Shown here: one piece after another, positions 1 to 10,835 of the stretch
Layout: every line of letters begins with the position of its first letter
Position numbering within the stretch: the stretch's first letter is position 1
Assembly (NCBI GenBank): GCA_965221655.1
Contig: OZ244906.1
Location: 173,339 to 237,338 of the forward strand
DNA length: 64,000 nucleotides
Direction: 5' to 3'
Source of the DNA: a bacterium
Lineage (GTDB): Bacteria > UBA8248
The notes under the pieces: generated by a model
Database searches by the model: none
Told to the model about the DNA's origin: nothing
What the model saw: the letters and a program-made list of their open reading frames with translations, nothing else
Position numbers and translations under genes: made by a program

Positions 1-601
1 GGCACAGGTGCTTGCAGCCTCGGCTCGCCTCGACTGCTCCCGCGAGGTGGTGCTCCCCGCCTCTTTCGAGATGCGCGTAGGAGTGCAGGGCGGGCAGCCC
101 GCCGCGCTCGGGCTTGCGGAGAGGAAACTTTTCGAGGTAGGGACCCGCGGTGTGCTCCCGCGTGGCTGCTCCGGGAATCTCCGCGTCGTCCGAGACGCCC
201 GCGAGTTTTTCCACCAGCCGCAGGAGCGGCCACTCGAACTCCCCGCCGATAGCCGAATCCCCGCCGTTCGCCAGCAGGTAGTCCCTGTTGAGCAGGCCGT
301 AGAGGCCGTAGAAGCAGACGTGGCACCCCGGATTTGCCGCGCGCACCCTGGCGGCCACCTCCACGCCGAGCCTCAAGGCGGTGTGCATCGGCACGCTGAT
401 GCCCACGAACTTCGCGTTGGCGATTCTGTCTGCAGAAAACTCCTCGGCTGCCACGTCCATTGCCCAGGGCTGAAAGCCCGCCGCGCGCAAAAAGGCCAGG
501 GGCGAGGCGAGGGAGATGGGCTGTCGCCCCAACTCGTAGCAGGAGACGAGCACGACGGCGCCCGGCGCCTGCCATTCGCGCGTTTTTCCGCCAGTGTTCA
601 A
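1..601 (-). CDS. B12-binding-domain radical SAM protein, N-terminal part (gene continues past the window start)
   Basis: Minus-strand reading frame is open from a TTG at about 601-599 down to position 1. It is preceded by GGAGGAGGA with a 6-nt spacer. Translation begins LNTGGKTREWQAPGAVVLVSCYELGRQPISLASP... and ends ...VEASRGCKHLC at the window edge, so it runs into a radical-SAM Cys motif. It is absent from the ORF track because there is no stop codon in the window. The plus-strand ORF 8..688 over the same DNA has low-complexity R/G/A composition. Confidence 0.5.
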   Translation of the reverse strand, partial: MNTGGKTREWQAPGAVVLVSCYELGRQPISLASPLAFLRAAGFQPWAMDVAAEEFSADRIANAKFVGISVPMHTALRLGVEVAARVRAANPGCHVCFYGLYGLLNRDYLLANGGDSAIGGEFEWPLLRLVEKLAGVSDDAEIPGAATREHTAGPYLEKFPLRKPERGGLPALHSYAHLERGGEHHLAGAVEASRGCKHLC

Positions 602-622
602 GGCGGCTCCTCCTCCCTCGTC

Positions 623-650
623 AAGAAAAAAGCCCCGGACGAACCGGGGC
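623..650 (-). terminator. GC-rich hairpin plus T-run (minus strand) right after the iscA-like stop and 10 nt upstream of the radical-SAM ribosome-binding site
   Basis: Plus-strand sequence aagaaaaaaGCCCCGGacgaaCCGGGGCttt. Read on the minus strand this is GCCCCGG-ttcgt-CCGGGGC followed by TTTTTTCTT. Confidence 0.4.
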
Positions 651-677
651 TTTCGGCGATAAGGCTCGGCTGCCCGC

Positions 678-1061
678 TCAGGTGGTGAACGACTTGCCGC
701 AGCCGCACATGCCCATGGCGTTGGGGTTGTTGATCTTGAAGCCCGAGCCCTGGAGGCTGTCGACGAAGTCTATCTCCGTACCCGCCAGGACGGGGTAGCT
801 CCCCGGGTCCACGAATACTTCGAACCCCTCGGCGGAGAACACCTTGTCCTCGGGATTGGCCGATTCCTCGAAGTAGAGCCCGTAGTTGTAGCCCGAGCAG
901 CCGCCCGCCGTTACGGCGAGGCGCAGGCCGTGGCCCGTCTTGCCCTCGGCCTCGAGAATCTCGAGCACCTTTCCGCTGGCCACCGGGGTGACCGAAATGC
1001 CCTCGGCGGGCTGGGGCTTGCTCTGGGTCTGATCGAAAAGGTTTATCGTTCCGCTCGACAT
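678..1061 (-). CDS. Fe-S cluster insertion/carrier protein, IscA/ErpA/HesB family
   Basis: 127-aa ORF ending ...MCGCGKSF, the characteristic IscA/HesB C-x-C-G-x-S-F C-terminal motif. Length is typical for the family. Confidence 0.8.
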   Translation of the reverse strand: MSSGTINLFDQTQSKPQPAEGISVTPVASGKVLEILEAEGKTGHGLRLAVTAGGCSGYNYGLYFEESANPEDKVFSAEGFEVFVDPGSYPVLAGTEIDFVDSLQGSGFKINNPNAMGMCGCGKSFTT

Positions 1062-1291
1062 CGTTCGTTTCTCCTTGTTGATGACGATAGGGCTTCGCCA
1101 ATAAACTTTATGGATGATACCACAACTACCTTAACCTTTTTCGCGTCTTGTGCAAAGACCCCCACGTCCCGAAAAACCCCCACGTGCACGGGCGAAGGCT
1201 CCTCCTGGCGTCTATTGTCTACCACGAAGAGGCGGGGCAGGCAACCGCCCAGGAGGAGCCGCAAAATATTTTACTATTTTGCGCAGAAAAG

Positions 1292-1320
1292 TTGACAACA
1301 AAAGACTAAGATTATATATT
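1292..1320 (+). promoter_or_regulatory. sigma70-like promoter upstream of clpB (TTGACA, 17 nt spacer, TATATT)
   Basis: Sequence gTTGACAacaaaagactaagattaTATATTcc lies about 125 nt upstream of the clpB ATG, in an AT-rich patch of an otherwise GC-rich region. Confidence 0.45.
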
Positions 1321-1345
1321 CCTCTTGTGTCGAGAGCACTCCGGA
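1321..1345 (+). promoter_or_regulatory. HAIR-like inverted repeat (possible HspR operator) immediately downstream of the -10 element
   Basis: CTTGTGT-cgagagc-ACTCCGG compared with the HAIR consensus CTTGAGT-N7-ACTCAAG. This is 6/7 and 5/7 half-site matches with the correct 7-nt spacer. hspR is encoded in the same gene run. Confidence 0.25.
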
Positions 1346-1445
1346 GAGCGAGGCTCCCGTCGCGGAAGGGAAAGAATACACGAAGTTTACGATATCCGCT
1401 CCGGGTTCGCACGTGTGGGCTCGGTGGGGGTGTGGAGAGAACGGC

Positions 1446-4067
1446 ATGAATTTCGACCGCTTTACGCACAAGACGCAAGAAGCCCTGCAATACGCCCAGG
1501 AGTCGGCGCGGCAGCACGGACACCAGGGCGTTGCGCCAGCGCACGTACTGCTGGCGCTTCTCGCCCAGCCCGAAGGAGTACTGCCCCCGCTGGTCGAGAA
1601 GGCCGGGGGGGAGTTGCACGTGCTTCACCGCGCCCTGGAGAGTTCCGTCGCGTTGTTGCCTAAGGTGTCGGGTGCCCCCGATAACCTCTACGTAACGCCG
1701 GAGTTGGCGAAGCTTTTCGAGGCGGCCGGCCGCGAGGCGGCGGCCATGGCGGATGAATACGTGAGCGGCGAGCATCTGTTGCTGGCGGCGTTCGAGAGTG
1801 CGGGGGCTGAGGCGGGGCGCATTCTGCGCGAGGCGGGTATCGACCGCGAGGCCGTGCTCGCGGCTCTCAAGGAAATACGGGGCAGCCAGCGCGTTACCGA
1901 CCCGGACGCCGAGAGCCGCTACCAGGCGCTCGAGCGTTTCTCCGTCGACCTCACCGCACAGGCGCGCGCGGGCAAGCTCGACCCCGTCGTGGGTCGGGGC
2001 GAGGAGATCAGGCGGGTGATGCAGGTGCTCTCGCGCCGCTCGAAGAACAACCCGGTGCTCATCGGCGACCCCGGCGTGGGCAAGACGGCCATCGTAGAGG
2101 GGCTGGCCCAACGCATCGTGGACGGCGACGTGCCCGAGGGCTTGCAGGGCAAGCGCTTGATCAGCCTCGATATCGGCTCTCTCGTGGCGGGCTCGAAGTT
2201 CCGGGGCGAGTTCGAGGACAGGCTCAAGGCCGTGCTCCAGGAGGTGAGCGAGTCGGCGGGCGAAATCGTTTTGTTTATCGACGAGCTCCACACCGTCGTC
2301 GGCGCAGGCGCGGCGGAGGGGGCGGTGGACGCCTCGAATCTCCTCAAGCCCGCACTCGCGCGCGGGGAGCTGCACTGCGTGGGCGCAACCACGCTCGACG
2401 AATACCGCAAGCACATCGAGAAAGACGCGGCTCTTGAGCGGCGCTTCCAGCCCGTGCTGGTCGAAGAACCCGGCATGGAGGACACCATCTCCATTCTGCG
2501 GGGTCTCAAGGAGCGCTACGAGATTCACCACGGCGTGCGCATTCTGGACAACGCCCTGGTGGCGGCGGCCGCTCTCTCGCATCGCTACATCGCCGACCGC
2601 TATCTGCCGGACAAGGCCATCGACCTTATCGACGAGGCCGCGAGCGGGCGGCGCCTCGAGCTCGACAGTCTGCCCAAGGAAATCGACGGCCAGGAGCGTG
2701 AACTCGTGCGCCTGCGCATCGAGGAGCACGCACTCGAGCAGGAAGAGGGCGCAGACAGCCGCGAGCGTCTTGAGCGCATACGCGAGCGCATCGCCGTCCT
2801 CGACGAGCAGACGCGCGAGCGGCGCGGCCGGTGGATGGAGGAGAAAGAATCCATCTCGCGGGTGCGCGAGCTCAAAGAGCGCGTCGAGGAGATGCGGGCC
2901 GAAGCCCAGCGCGCCGAGCGCGAGGGAGATTTGGGCCGGGCGGCGGAGTTGCGCTACGGCTCCATCATCGCGGCGGAAAAACAAGTCGAGCAGGCCGAGG
3001 CGCACCTCGAGGCGCACCACAACGGACGGATGCTCAAAGAAGAGATTACCGAGGACGACGTGGCCGCCGTCGTGAGCCGCTGGACGGGCATCAACGTGAG
3101 CAGGCTGCTTGAGACCGAACGCGAGAAGCTCCTCCACATGGAGGAGAACATCCACAAGCGCGTGGTGGGCCAGGAGCGCGCGGTCGAAGCCCTGGCGGAG
3201 GCCGTGCGCCGCGCCCGCGCGGGGGTCATGGACGAGAACAGGCCCATCGGCTCGTTCATCTTCCTGGGTCCCACCGGCGTCGGCAAAACAGAGCTCGCCC
3301 GCGCGCTGGCGGAGTTTTTGTTCGACGACGAGGCGGCCATGGTGCGCGTGGACATGAGCGAGTACATGGAGAAGCACGCCGTCTCGCGGCTCATCGGCTC
3401 CCCGCCCGGATACGTCGGCTACGAGGAGGGCGGGCAACTCACCGAAGCCGTGCGCAGAAGGCCCTACTCGGTGCTCCTGCTTGATGAGATCGAAAAGGCC
3501 CACCCCGAGACGTTCCACCTGCTCTTGCAGCTGCTCGATGAGGGGCGCCTCACCGACGGGCACGGGCGCACGGTTGATTTTCGCAACACCGTGGTCATCA
3601 TGACGAGCAACGTGGGCACGGCGGAGCTCTCCCACACCGAAATCGGCTTCACCGGCGGCGGCGTGGAGGAGGCGGACCGCTCCGGGCAGCTGCTCCGGGA
3701 GCTGCACCGGGTGTTCCGGCCCGAGTTCCTGAACCGGGTGGACGAGATTATCGCCTTCCGCGCCCTCACCCGGGAGCAGATAGGCGAGATCGTCGAGATG
3801 CAGGTGCGCGCTCTGCAAAAGCGCCTCGAGGCGCAAAAAATTACCTTGCGCCTCACCGAGGCCGCGAGAAGCTTCCTCGCCGAGCGCGGCTACGACCCCG
3901 CCTACGGAGCGCGGCCCCTGAAGCGGGCGATGCAGACCCACGTCATGAACCCGCTGAGCACGAAGCTGCTGGCGGGCGAGTTCGAGGCGGGCGAGACCGT
4001 GGAAGTCGACCACGTCGAGGGAGCGGAGATGCTCGCCTTCTCCGCCGCCGAGGCGGTGCGGGCTTGA
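1446..4067 (+). CDS. clpB: ATP-dependent chaperone ClpB
   Basis: Translation [27 protein letters not shown]... shows two AAA+ modules (GDPGVGKT and GPTGVGKT Walker A motifs) and a long middle coiled-coil typical of ClpB. The ATG at 1446 follows GGAGAG. Confidence 0.95.
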   Translation: MNFDRFTHKTQEALQYAQESARQHGHQGVAPAHVLLALLAQPEGVLPPLVEKAGGELHVLHRALESSVALLPKVSGAPDNLYVTPELAKLFEAAGREAAAMADEYVSGEHLLLAAFESAGAEAGRILREAGIDREAVLAALKEIRGSQRVTDPDAESRYQALERFSVDLTAQARAGKLDPVVGRGEEIRRVMQVLSRRSKNNPVLIGDPGVGKTAIVEGLAQRIVDGDVPEGLQGKRLISLDIGSLVAGSKFRGEFEDRLKAVLQEVSESAGEIVLFIDELHTVVGAGAAEGAVDASNLLKPALARGELHCVGATTLDEYRKHIEKDAALERRFQPVLVEEPGMEDTISILRGLKERYEIHHGVRILDNALVAAAALSHRYIADRYLPDKAIDLIDEAASGRRLELDSLPKEIDGQERELVRLRIEEHALEQEEGADSRERLERIRERIAVLDEQTRERRGRWMEEKESISRVRELKERVEEMRAEAQRAEREGDLGRAAELRYGSIIAAEKQVEQAEAHLEAHHNGRMLKEEITEDDVAAVVSRWTGINVSRLLETEREKLLHMEENIHKRVVGQERAVEALAEAVRRARAGVMDENRPIGSFIFLGPTGVGKTELARALAEFLFDDEAAMVRVDMSEYMEKHAVSRLIGSPPGYVGYEEGGQLTEAVRRRPYSVLLLDEIEKAHPETFHLLLQLLDEGRLTDGHGRTVDFRNTVVIMTSNVGTAELSHTEIGFTGGGVEEADRSGQLLRELHRVFRPEFLNRVDEIIAFRALTREQIGEIVEMQVRALQKRLEAQKITLRLTEAARSFLAERGYDPAYGARPLKRAMQTHVMNPLSTKLLAGEFEAGETVEVDHVEGAEMLAFSAAEAVRA

Positions 4068-4176
4068 GCGCCTCCGGCGGGCGTGGCTTCTCTCCCGCAG
4101 GGGGAGGCGACGAAACGCAAGCACAGAATTTTGCGATGGTTTTGACGTACATTCCGGCACATAAGGAGAAAGATAG

Positions 4177-6084
4177 ATGTCGAAGGTAATCGGAATCGAT
4201 TTGGGCACCACCAACTCGGTCGTGTCGGTCATGGAGGGCGGACAGCCGACGGTGATCGCCAACCAGGAGGGCAACCGCACGACGCCCAGCGTCGTGGCGT
4301 TCACCGACGACGGCGAGAAGCTCGTCGGCCTCGTGGCCAAGCGCCAGGCGGTGACGAACCCCACGCGCACCATCTACTCCGTCAAGCGCTTCATGGGCAG
4401 GCGCTTCGACGAGGTGCCCGAGGAGGCGAGCATCGTCCCCTACGAGGTCGTGAAGTCCGACAACGGCGACGCGCGCATTCGCGTGGACGGGAAAGAACAC
4501 GCTCCGCCCGAGATTTCGGCCAGCGTGCTGCAAAAGCTCAAGCAGGCGGCGGAGGACTACCTGGGCGAGCAGGTGGGCGAGGCGGTCGTCACCGTGCCCG
4601 CTTATTTTAACGACAGCCAGCGCCAGGCGACGAAGGACGCGGGCAAGATTGCCGGTCTCGACGTGCGGCGCATCATCAACGAGCCGACGGCGGCGGCCCT
4701 GGCCTACGGCCTCGACAAGAAGACGGATCAGACGATAGCGGTCTACGACTTCGGCGGCGGCACGTTCGACATTTCCATCCTCGAGGTGGGCGACAACGTC
4801 GTCGAGGTGAAGGCGACGAACGGCGACACCCACCTGGGCGGCGACAACATCGACCAGCGGATCATCGAATGGATGGCCGAGGAGTTCCGGAGCGATCAGG
4901 GCATCGACCTCTCGGGCGACCCCATGGCCCTCCAGCGTCTGCGCGAAGAAGCGGAGAAGGCGAAGATCGAGCTCTCCAGCTCGATGGAGACGACCATCAA
5001 CCTGCCCTTCATCACGGCGGACGCCTCGGGGCCGAAGCACCTCAACCTCAAGCTCACGCGCGCAAAGCTCGAACAACTCACGGGCGAGCTGGTGGAGAAG
5101 ACCCTCGCCCCCTGCCGCCGCGCACTGGACGACGCCAAACTCCAGCCGGGCGAGGTTGACGAGGTGGTGCTGGTGGGCGGCTCGACGCGCATGCCGCTCG
5201 TCCAGGAGACGGTGCAAAAGTTCTTCGGCAAGGAGCCGCACAAGGGCGTCAACCCCGACGAGGTGGTGGCCGTGGGCGCGGGCGTGCAGGGCGGCGTGCT
5301 GGCGGGAGACGTGAAGGACGTGCTCCTGCTCGACGTAACCCCGCTCTCGCTGGGCATCGAGACGCTGGGCGGCGTGTTCACCAAGCTCATCGATCGCAAC
5401 ACGACCATACCGGTCAAGAAGAGCGAGATATTCTCCACGGCGGCGGACAGCCAGCCCTCCGTCGAGGTGCACGTGCTCCAGGGCGAGCGCGAGATGGCGA
5501 CGGGCAACCGCACCCTGGGCAAGTTCCACCTGGTGGGCATTCCGCCCGCACCGCGCGGCGTCCCCCAGATTGAGGTGACCTTCGACATCGACGCCAACGG
5601 CATCGTGAACGTCTCCGCCAAGGACCTGGGCACCGGCAAGGAGCAGGCCATCACCATCACGAGTTCGAGCGGGCTTTCCGAGGAGGAGATCAACAACATG
5701 GTCTCCGAGGCGGACGAGCACGCGGAGGAGGACAAGAAGCGCCGCGAGTCCGTCGAAGCCCGCAACATGGCCGACAGCATGGCCTACAACACCGAGAAGA
5801 CGCTCAAGGAGAACGAGGGCAAGGTTTCGCCCGAGGACAAGAAGGAGATAGAAGAGGCCGTTGCCGCCGTGCGCGCGGTGCTGGCGCGCGAGGACGCGAC
5901 GGTCGAGGAAATCACCGAAGCGCAGTCGAAACTCGAAGCCGCCTCCCACAAGCTCGCACAGGCGATGTACGAGCAGGCGAGCCAGGACGCGGGCGAGGGC
6001 GGCGGCGCGACGAACGGCGCCCCCGACGCGGGAGGCGACGTCGTGGACGCGGAGTTCGAGGAGGTCGACAAGGACAAGCCCTGA
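4177..6084 (+). CDS. dnaK: Molecular chaperone DnaK (Hsp70)
   Basis: [22 protein letters not shown]..., DLGGGTFD and a C-terminal [12 protein letters not shown]-type tail. This is unmistakable Hsp70. Confidence 0.97.
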   Translation: MSKVIGIDLGTTNSVVSVMEGGQPTVIANQEGNRTTPSVVAFTDDGEKLVGLVAKRQAVTNPTRTIYSVKRFMGRRFDEVPEEASIVPYEVVKSDNGDARIRVDGKEHAPPEISASVLQKLKQAAEDYLGEQVGEAVVTVPAYFNDSQRQATKDAGKIAGLDVRRIINEPTAAALAYGLDKKTDQTIAVYDFGGGTFDISILEVGDNVVEVKATNGDTHLGGDNIDQRIIEWMAEEFRSDQGIDLSGDPMALQRLREEAEKAKIELSSSMETTINLPFITADASGPKHLNLKLTRAKLEQLTGELVEKTLAPCRRALDDAKLQPGEVDEVVLVGGSTRMPLVQETVQKFFGKEPHKGVNPDEVVAVGAGVQGGVLAGDVKDVLLLDVTPLSLGIETLGGVFTKLIDRNTTIPVKKSEIFSTAADSQPSVEVHVLQGEREMATGNRTLGKFHLVGIPPAPRGVPQIEVTFDIDANGIVNVSAKDLGTGKEQAITITSSSGLSEEEINNMVSEADEHAEEDKKRRESVEARNMADSMAYNTEKTLKENEGKVSPEDKKEIEEAVAAVRAVLAREDATVEEITEAQSKLEAASHKLAQAMYEQASQDAGEGGGATNGAPDAGGDVVDAEFEEVDKDKP

Positions 6085-6110
6085 CGACCCGCCCCTGATG
6101 AGGATGCACG

Positions 6111-7055
6111 ATGTCGAAGCGTGATTATTACGAGGTGCTCGGAATCGAGCGCGGCGCCTCGGATGCCGAACTCAAGCGCGCCTTCAAGAGGCTCGCGCGC
6201 AAGTGGCACCCCGACGTGAACCCCGGGGACGCGAACGCCGAGGCGCGCTTCAAGGAGATCAGCGAGGCGTACGCCGTGCTCTCCGAACCCGAAAAGCGTC
6301 GCCGCTACGACGCCATGGGGCACGCGGCCTTCGGCGGCGGCAGCCCCTGGGGCGAGGGGGGTGCGCCCGGGGTGGAGGATATCCTGCGCGAGTTCGGGCT
6401 GGGCGACGTCTTCGGCAACATATTCGGCAGCGCGCGCGGCGCGGGCAGGCGCTACGCGCGGCCCGACGCCCCCCGCCGGGGCCAGGACGTGAACTACTCG
6501 ATGGAGATAGGTTTTGACGATTCGCTCAAGGGTCTCGCCACCACCATCACCGTCCCCAAGGACACCCACGAGAACGGCGCGCTGCAGCGCACGACCGAGC
6601 GCATTCAGGTGAAGATACCGCCCGGCGTCTCGAACGGCTCGCGCATTCGTCTGGCGGGCAAGGGAGAAGCCTCGGCGAACGGGGGGGAGCAGGGGGATCT
6701 CTACATCGTCACCAAGGTGCGCGAACACCCCTTCTTCGAGCGCAAGGGGGACAACCTCTACCTCGAACTTCCCGTCAGCCTCGGCGAGGCGCTGCTGGGT
6801 GCGCGCGTCGAGATCAACACCTTCGAGGGCACGACCAAGATGACGATTCCCCCCGGCACCCAGAACAGACAGACGTTCCGGCTGCCGGGCAAGGGCGCCC
6901 CGCAGCTCAAGGGCGGGGGCAGGGGCGATTTGTTCGTGGCCATCAACGTTCGCCTGCCCGAAGGCATGGACGAGGAGAGCCAGGAGATAGTCCGCGAACT
7001 GGAGCGGCGCAACCCCACCGCACCGCGCGCCAAAATGACGGGCGTGAGCATGTAG
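6111..7055 (+). CDS. cbpA: DnaJ-family co-chaperone without zinc finger (CbpA-like, type II J-protein)
   Basis: J domain ([33 protein letters not shown]) and a G/F-rich linker, then DnaJ C-terminal beta domains. No CxxCxGxG repeats are present. Confidence 0.85.
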   Translation: MSKRDYYEVLGIERGASDAELKRAFKRLARKWHPDVNPGDANAEARFKEISEAYAVLSEPEKRRRYDAMGHAAFGGGSPWGEGGAPGVEDILREFGLGDVFGNIFGSARGAGRRYARPDAPRRGQDVNYSMEIGFDDSLKGLATTITVPKDTHENGALQRTTERIQVKIPPGVSNGSRIRLAGKGEASANGGEQGDLYIVTKVREHPFFERKGDNLYLELPVSLGEALLGARVEINTFEGTTKMTIPPGTQNRQTFRLPGKGAPQLKGGGRGDLFVAINVRLPEGMDEESQEIVRELERRNPTAPRAKMTGVSM

Positions 7056-7106
7056 GTCGCAGGGAAGCGAACGAAAGGCCCCCGACGGGGGGCGGAGGAG
7101 GAGACC

Positions 7107-7517
7107 GTGGCGCGCAGAAGGGCGAGAAGCGGACGCTACACCATCGGCGCAGTGGCGGAGATGTTCGAGGTCCACCAGCAGACGCTGCGTTTCTACGAGC
7201 GCGAGGGCCTCATCGTTCCCGCCCGAAGCGAGGGCAGGACGCGCTATTACTCCGAAGAGGACATCGAGCGTCTCGACGTCATCATGACGCTCACGCGCGA
7301 AATGGGCGTGAACCTGGCGGGCGTGCAGATAATCATCGATCTGCGCGAGAAGCTCGTGAAGGCCCTGGGGCGCCTGGGCGAACTCGAGGAATTGCTCGAA
7401 AGCCGTGCGTTCGAGGACTTGCGCGCGCAGATGGACGACGCGACGCCCGAGATGCAGGCCATGATTCCCGCCCTTTCGGGCAAGCTCGTACGCGCCGCCA
7501 GGAGGAGAACATCGTGA
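7107..7517 (+). CDS. hspR: MerR-family heat-shock transcriptional regulator (HspR/CbpM-like)
   Basis: MerR helix-turn-helix motif [49 protein letters not shown]. The gene sits directly after the cbpA-like gene, as in known cbpA-hspR and cbpA-cbpM pairs. GTG start after GGAGGAGGAG. Confidence 0.75.
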   Translation: MARRRARSGRYTIGAVAEMFEVHQQTLRFYEREGLIVPARSEGRTRYYSEEDIERLDVIMTLTREMGVNLAGVQIIIDLREKLVKALGRLGELEELLESRAFEDLRAQMDDATPEMQAMIPALSGKLVRAARRRTS

Positions 7518-8368
7518 GCACGAATTCCATCAAGACGTTCTTGTTGCTGGGTTTGCTGACGGGGCTGATTCTGCTGATAGGGAACCTGGTGGGCGGAACG
7601 GTGGGGCTGGTAATCGCCCTGGTGCTGGCAGTGGGCATCAACGGGTACAGCTACTGGTTTTCGGACCAAATCGTGCTCGCGAGCACCGACGCGCGCGAGG
7701 TGCTCCCCGAGCACGCGCCCGAACTCTACGGCATGGTGGAGGAGCTGGCGCGGCGCGCGCACCTGCCGATGCCGCGCGTCTACGTCATCCCCGAGGAGGC
7801 GCCCAACGCCTTCGCCACCGGCCGCAACCCCGAAAACGCGGCCGTGGCCTTCACCGAGGGCATCCTGCGCGATTTGAACCGCGAGGAGCTCGAGGGCGTG
7901 GCCGCGCATGAGCTCGCCCACATCAAAAACCGCGACATACTGCTTTCCACCGTTGCGGCCTCGCTGGCGGGCGCCATCATGTACATCGCGCAGATGGCGC
8001 AGTTCGCCGCGTTTTTTGGCGCATACGGCAGGGGCGACGATGAGGAAGGCGGGGGCGGCGGACTGCTCGGCATCATTCTCGCCGCCATCGTGGCTCCGGT
8101 TGCGGCGACCCTGCTGCAAATGGCGGTGAGCCGCTCGCGGGAGTATCTCGCCGACGCTACCGGGGCGCGCATCGCCGGCACGCCGGTTGGCCTCGCGAAT
8201 GCCCTGGATCGTCTCGATGCGGCCTCGCGCAGGGAGTACCTCTCCTGTGCGAGCGAGGCGACGGCCCATATGTACATCGTCAACCCGCTCGCGGGCGGGG
8301 GACTGGCGAACCTTTTCAGCACGCACCCGCCGATGGAGGAGCGCATTCGGCGGCTCATGGCGATGTGA
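7514..8368 (+). CDS. htpX: Zinc metalloprotease HtpX (M48 family)
   Basis: [10 protein letters not shown] zinc-binding motif, N-terminal transmembrane helices and a C-terminal HPPMEERI. The GTG start overlaps the hspR stop (GTGA). Confidence 0.9.
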   Translation: MSTNSIKTFLLLGLLTGLILLIGNLVGGTVGLVIALVLAVGINGYSYWFSDQIVLASTDAREVLPEHAPELYGMVEELARRAHLPMPRVYVIPEEAPNAFATGRNPENAAVAFTEGILRDLNREELEGVAAHELAHIKNRDILLSTVAASLAGAIMYIAQMAQFAAFFGAYGRGDDEEGGGGGLLGIILAAIVAPVAATLLQMAVSRSREYLADATGARIAGTPVGLANALDRLDAASRREYLSCASEATAHMYIVNPLAGGGLANLFSTHPPMEERIRRLMAM

Positions 8369-8396
8369 CGCCCTGGCTTCGGGAGGAAGTGGCTGG

Positions 8397-9089
8397 ATGA
8401 AAGGCGAGAAGGTGGAGGTCAAGACGGAAGGGGACGAAACGCCCCCGACGGAGGAGGAAACTGCCGCCGGGGAGGAGGAGAGGCCGCGCGTCGTCGACAG
8501 GCGGCGGATTCGCGCGGACGGCGAGGCGAGCGAGGAGGCCGACGGAGACGACGCACCTGAGCGGCGCGTGCCCGCCTACGTCGAGCAGTTGCAGGCGAAG
8601 GTCGCCGCGGCCGAGGAGAAGTTTCGGCAATACGTCGAGAAGATCGACAGGGAAACGGCCGAGTTTCGCGCGCGTCAGGAGCGCGAGATGGAGCGGCGCG
8701 CCCGCGAGGTGAAAAAACAGGCGGTGTCGGGCTTTTTGGACATTGCTGATGATCTGGCGCGCGCAACGGCGGCGGCCGAGGGGGGTGCCGCGAACGAGGG
8801 CGCTCTCGAAACCCTGGTGCAGGGTGTGCGGATGATCCAGGGCCGTTTTTTTCAGGAGCTCTCGAATCTGGGGGTGGAGCCCCTGGCGGCAGTGGGTGCG
8901 GCCTTCAACCCCGAGGAGCACGAGGCGGTGCGGGTGGTCGAGGTGAACGAGCAGTCCCGCGACGGCCTCGTGGTCGAGGAGCTCTCCTGCGGCTACAGGC
9001 TGGGTGAGGCGGTTTTGCGGCCCGCGCGCGTCTCGGTGGGCAAGTACGCGAGCGGCTCTGCGCCCCTTGAATCGGGCGGCGGCTCATAG
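8397..9089 (+). CDS. grpE: Nucleotide exchange factor GrpE
   Basis: Acidic N-terminal tail followed by coiled-coil and C-terminal beta domain (...FNPEEHEAV...RLGEAVLRPARVSV). The ATG at 8397 follows GGGAGGAAG. The longer ORF 8187..9089 has a spurious N-terminal extension. Confidence 0.85.
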   Translation: MKGEKVEVKTEGDETPPTEEETAAGEEERPRVVDRRRIRADGEASEEADGDDAPERRVPAYVEQLQAKVAAAEEKFRQYVEKIDRETAEFRARQEREMERRAREVKKQAVSGFLDIADDLARATAAAEGGAANEGALETLVQGVRMIQGRFFQELSNLGVEPLAAVGAAFNPEEHEAVRVVEVNEQSRDGLVVEELSCGYRLGEAVLRPARVSVGKYASGSAPLESGGGS

Positions 9090-9122
9090 TATCTTCGCGT
9101 GTTTCGATTTCCGGGGTAGGGC

Positions 9123-10241
9123 ATGAGCAAGCGTGATTATTACGAAGTGCTGGGCGTAGGGCGCGAGGCGAGCGACGCCGAAATCAAAAAGGCGTATCGC
9201 GTCCTGGCGATGGAGTTGCATCCGGATCGCAACCCGGGCGACGCGAAGGCCGAGGAATCCTTCAAGGAAGCTTCTGAGGCCTACCAGGTGCTGAGCGACC
9301 CCGAGAAGCGCGCGGCCTACGACCGCTTCGGGCACGACGGCCTGCGCGGCATGGGGCACCAGGGGTTCTCGAATTTTGAGGACATCTTCTCCTCATTCGG
9401 CGATATTTTTGGCGATATCTTCGGCGGCGTCTTCTCCGGCGGGCGCGCGCGGCGCGGCGGGCCGCAAAAGGGCCGCGACCTCGCCTACCAGATGGACATG
9501 ACGTTCGAGGAGGCGGCCTCGGGCATCGAGCGCGAGATTGCGTTTGAGCGCTCCGTCGAGTGCGTCTACTGCGGCGGCAGCGGAGCCAAATCCCCCGACG
9601 CCGTGCGCACGTGCAGTGCGTGCGGCGGCAGTGGGCAGATGTCCTACCGCCAGGGGTTCATGACCTATTCCACTACGTGTTCGACCTGTGGGGGAGCGGG
9701 CAGGGAGATTGTGGAACACTGCTCCGAGTGCGAGGGCGCGGGCCGCCGCATGGAGCGGCGAAACGTGAAGGTGCGCATCCCCCCCGGCGTGGACGAGGGG
9801 GCGCGACTCCGCCTCCGCGAGGAGGGAGAAGGAGGGGCCAAGGGCGGCCCTGCGGGCGATTTGTTCGTCGTGGTCTCGCTGCTCGAGCACGAAGAATTCG
9901 AGCGCAACGGGACGGACGTGGCGAGCCGGGTGTCCGTCACCTTCTCCCAGGCGGCGCTCGGCGACACGGTGCGCGTGCGAACGCTGTATGGGGAATCGGA
10001 ACTCGAAATCCCCAGGGGGGTGCAATCCTCCGAGGTGTTGCGCCTCAGGGGCGAGGGTTTTGCGCGCCTCGACGGGCGCGGGCGCGGCGACCACATGTTT
10101 TTGGTGCAGGTGTGCACGCCGAGCAAACTCACCTCCGAGGAGGAGCGCCTGTTCGGCGAGTTGGCGGAAATCGAGCGGGACAAGGCGGAGAAGAACGGAA
10201 AAAAGGGCGTTCTCGGCAAACTGGGTTCTCTTTGGGGATGA
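9123..10241 (+). CDS. dnaJ: Chaperone DnaJ (type I, with four CxxCxGxG zinc-finger repeats)
   Basis: J domain, G/F region, then [24 protein letters not shown] and CSECEGAG repeats, followed by C-terminal domains. Confidence 0.95.
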   Translation: MSKRDYYEVLGVGREASDAEIKKAYRVLAMELHPDRNPGDAKAEESFKEASEAYQVLSDPEKRAAYDRFGHDGLRGMGHQGFSNFEDIFSSFGDIFGDIFGGVFSGGRARRGGPQKGRDLAYQMDMTFEEAASGIEREIAFERSVECVYCGGSGAKSPDAVRTCSACGGSGQMSYRQGFMTYSTTCSTCGGAGREIVEHCSECEGAGRRMERRNVKVRIPPGVDEGARLRLREEGEGGAKGGPAGDLFVVVSLLEHEEFERNGTDVASRVSVTFSQAALGDTVRVRTLYGESELEIPRGVQSSEVLRLRGEGFARLDGRGRGDHMFLVQVCTPSKLTSEEERLFGELAEIERDKAEKNGKKGVLGKLGSLWG

Positions 10242-10281
10242 GCACACCCCCCGGGCGAGGTGTACAGGCCGGGTCGGGAGG

Positions 10282-10779
10282 ATGACGATGGAAGAGGAAA
10301 ACGTAGAAAACAAGGGTTTCAAGATTTCGGACAGAAGGCTCTCCGTACGCGGCTACGAGGACGAGGAGGAAGCGGCTGCGCAACCCCCCGCACCTCCCCG
10401 GGAGGATGAGCGGGCGGGCTTCGGCGCACCTGCGCCCGCGCCGCCCGAGGCGCGAGAACCCGCCCCCGCACCGCCGCAGAGGCCGGAGCCGGAGCCTGCC
10501 GGGGAGCCAGAGGACGCAGAGGAGGCGGAGGAGGACAAGAGCTTCGACATGCTCGTCGCCATCATGCAGACCAACGCCCTGGCGGCGATGGGCATCCACC
10601 CCCAGACGGGCGAGCGCATCGGCGCTGCGGACCCGAGAAGCTCAAAAATGTTCGTCGACCTGTTCACGGCCCTCAAGGAGAAGACGCGGGGGAATCTCTC
10701 CGCCGAGGAGGAACAGCTCCTCAACCAGGTGCACTCGGACTTGCAGATGGTGTACGTGCGCGAAGTCGGGTTCGGCTAG
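10282..10779 (+). CDS. DUF1844-like protein (acidic N-terminal region plus conserved C-terminal helical domain)
   Basis: The C-terminal ...FDMLVAIMQTNALAAMGIHPQTGERIGAADPRSSKMFVDLFTALKEKTRGNLSAEEEQLLNQVHSDLQMVYV is DUF1844-like. Start at ATG 10282 or 10288, after GGGAGGA. The listed ORF beginning at 9988 carries a spurious extension. Confidence 0.6.
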   Translation: MTMEEENVENKGFKISDRRLSVRGYEDEEEAAAQPPAPPREDERAGFGAPAPAPPEAREPAPAPPQRPEPEPAGEPEDAEEAEEDKSFDMLVAIMQTNALAAMGIHPQTGERIGAADPRSSKMFVDLFTALKEKTRGNLSAEEEQLLNQVHSDLQMVYVREVGFG

Positions 10780-10835
10780 GGTCGGGCACTGCGCGCGCCG
10801 CCGGTCATACTTTCATCTCTCACGCAGGAGGCGAC

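Noticed and set aside
8-688. 226-aa plus-strand ORF at the window start
   Set aside because: Arg/Gly/Ala-rich low-complexity translation that crosses a terminator hairpin. The minus strand encodes a convincing radical-SAM N-terminus over the same DNA.
1300-1400. CIRCE (HrcA operator TTAGCACTC-N9-GAGTGCTAA) upstream of clpB/dnaK
   Set aside because: Only a partial AGCACTC half-site is present with no inverted partner. The HAIR-like reading fits better. No hrcA gene is in the window.
4068-4176. Independent promoter or terminator between clpB and dnaK
   Set aside because: The CTCCC...GGGAG stem lacks a T-run. A TTGACG element has no acceptable -10 at 16-18 nt spacing. It is left unannotated.
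1212-4373. 1053-aa minus-strand ORF
   Set aside because: Antisense to clpB. This is the typical long spurious ORF of high-GC DNA, with no motifs and Arg/Ala/Gly/Leu bias.
3943-5949. 668-aa minus-strand ORF
   Set aside because: Antisense to dnaK, which is unambiguous. Compositional artefact.
5784-7175. 463-aa minus-strand ORF
   Set aside because: Antisense to the dnaK 3' end and the cbpA-like gene. No domain signal.
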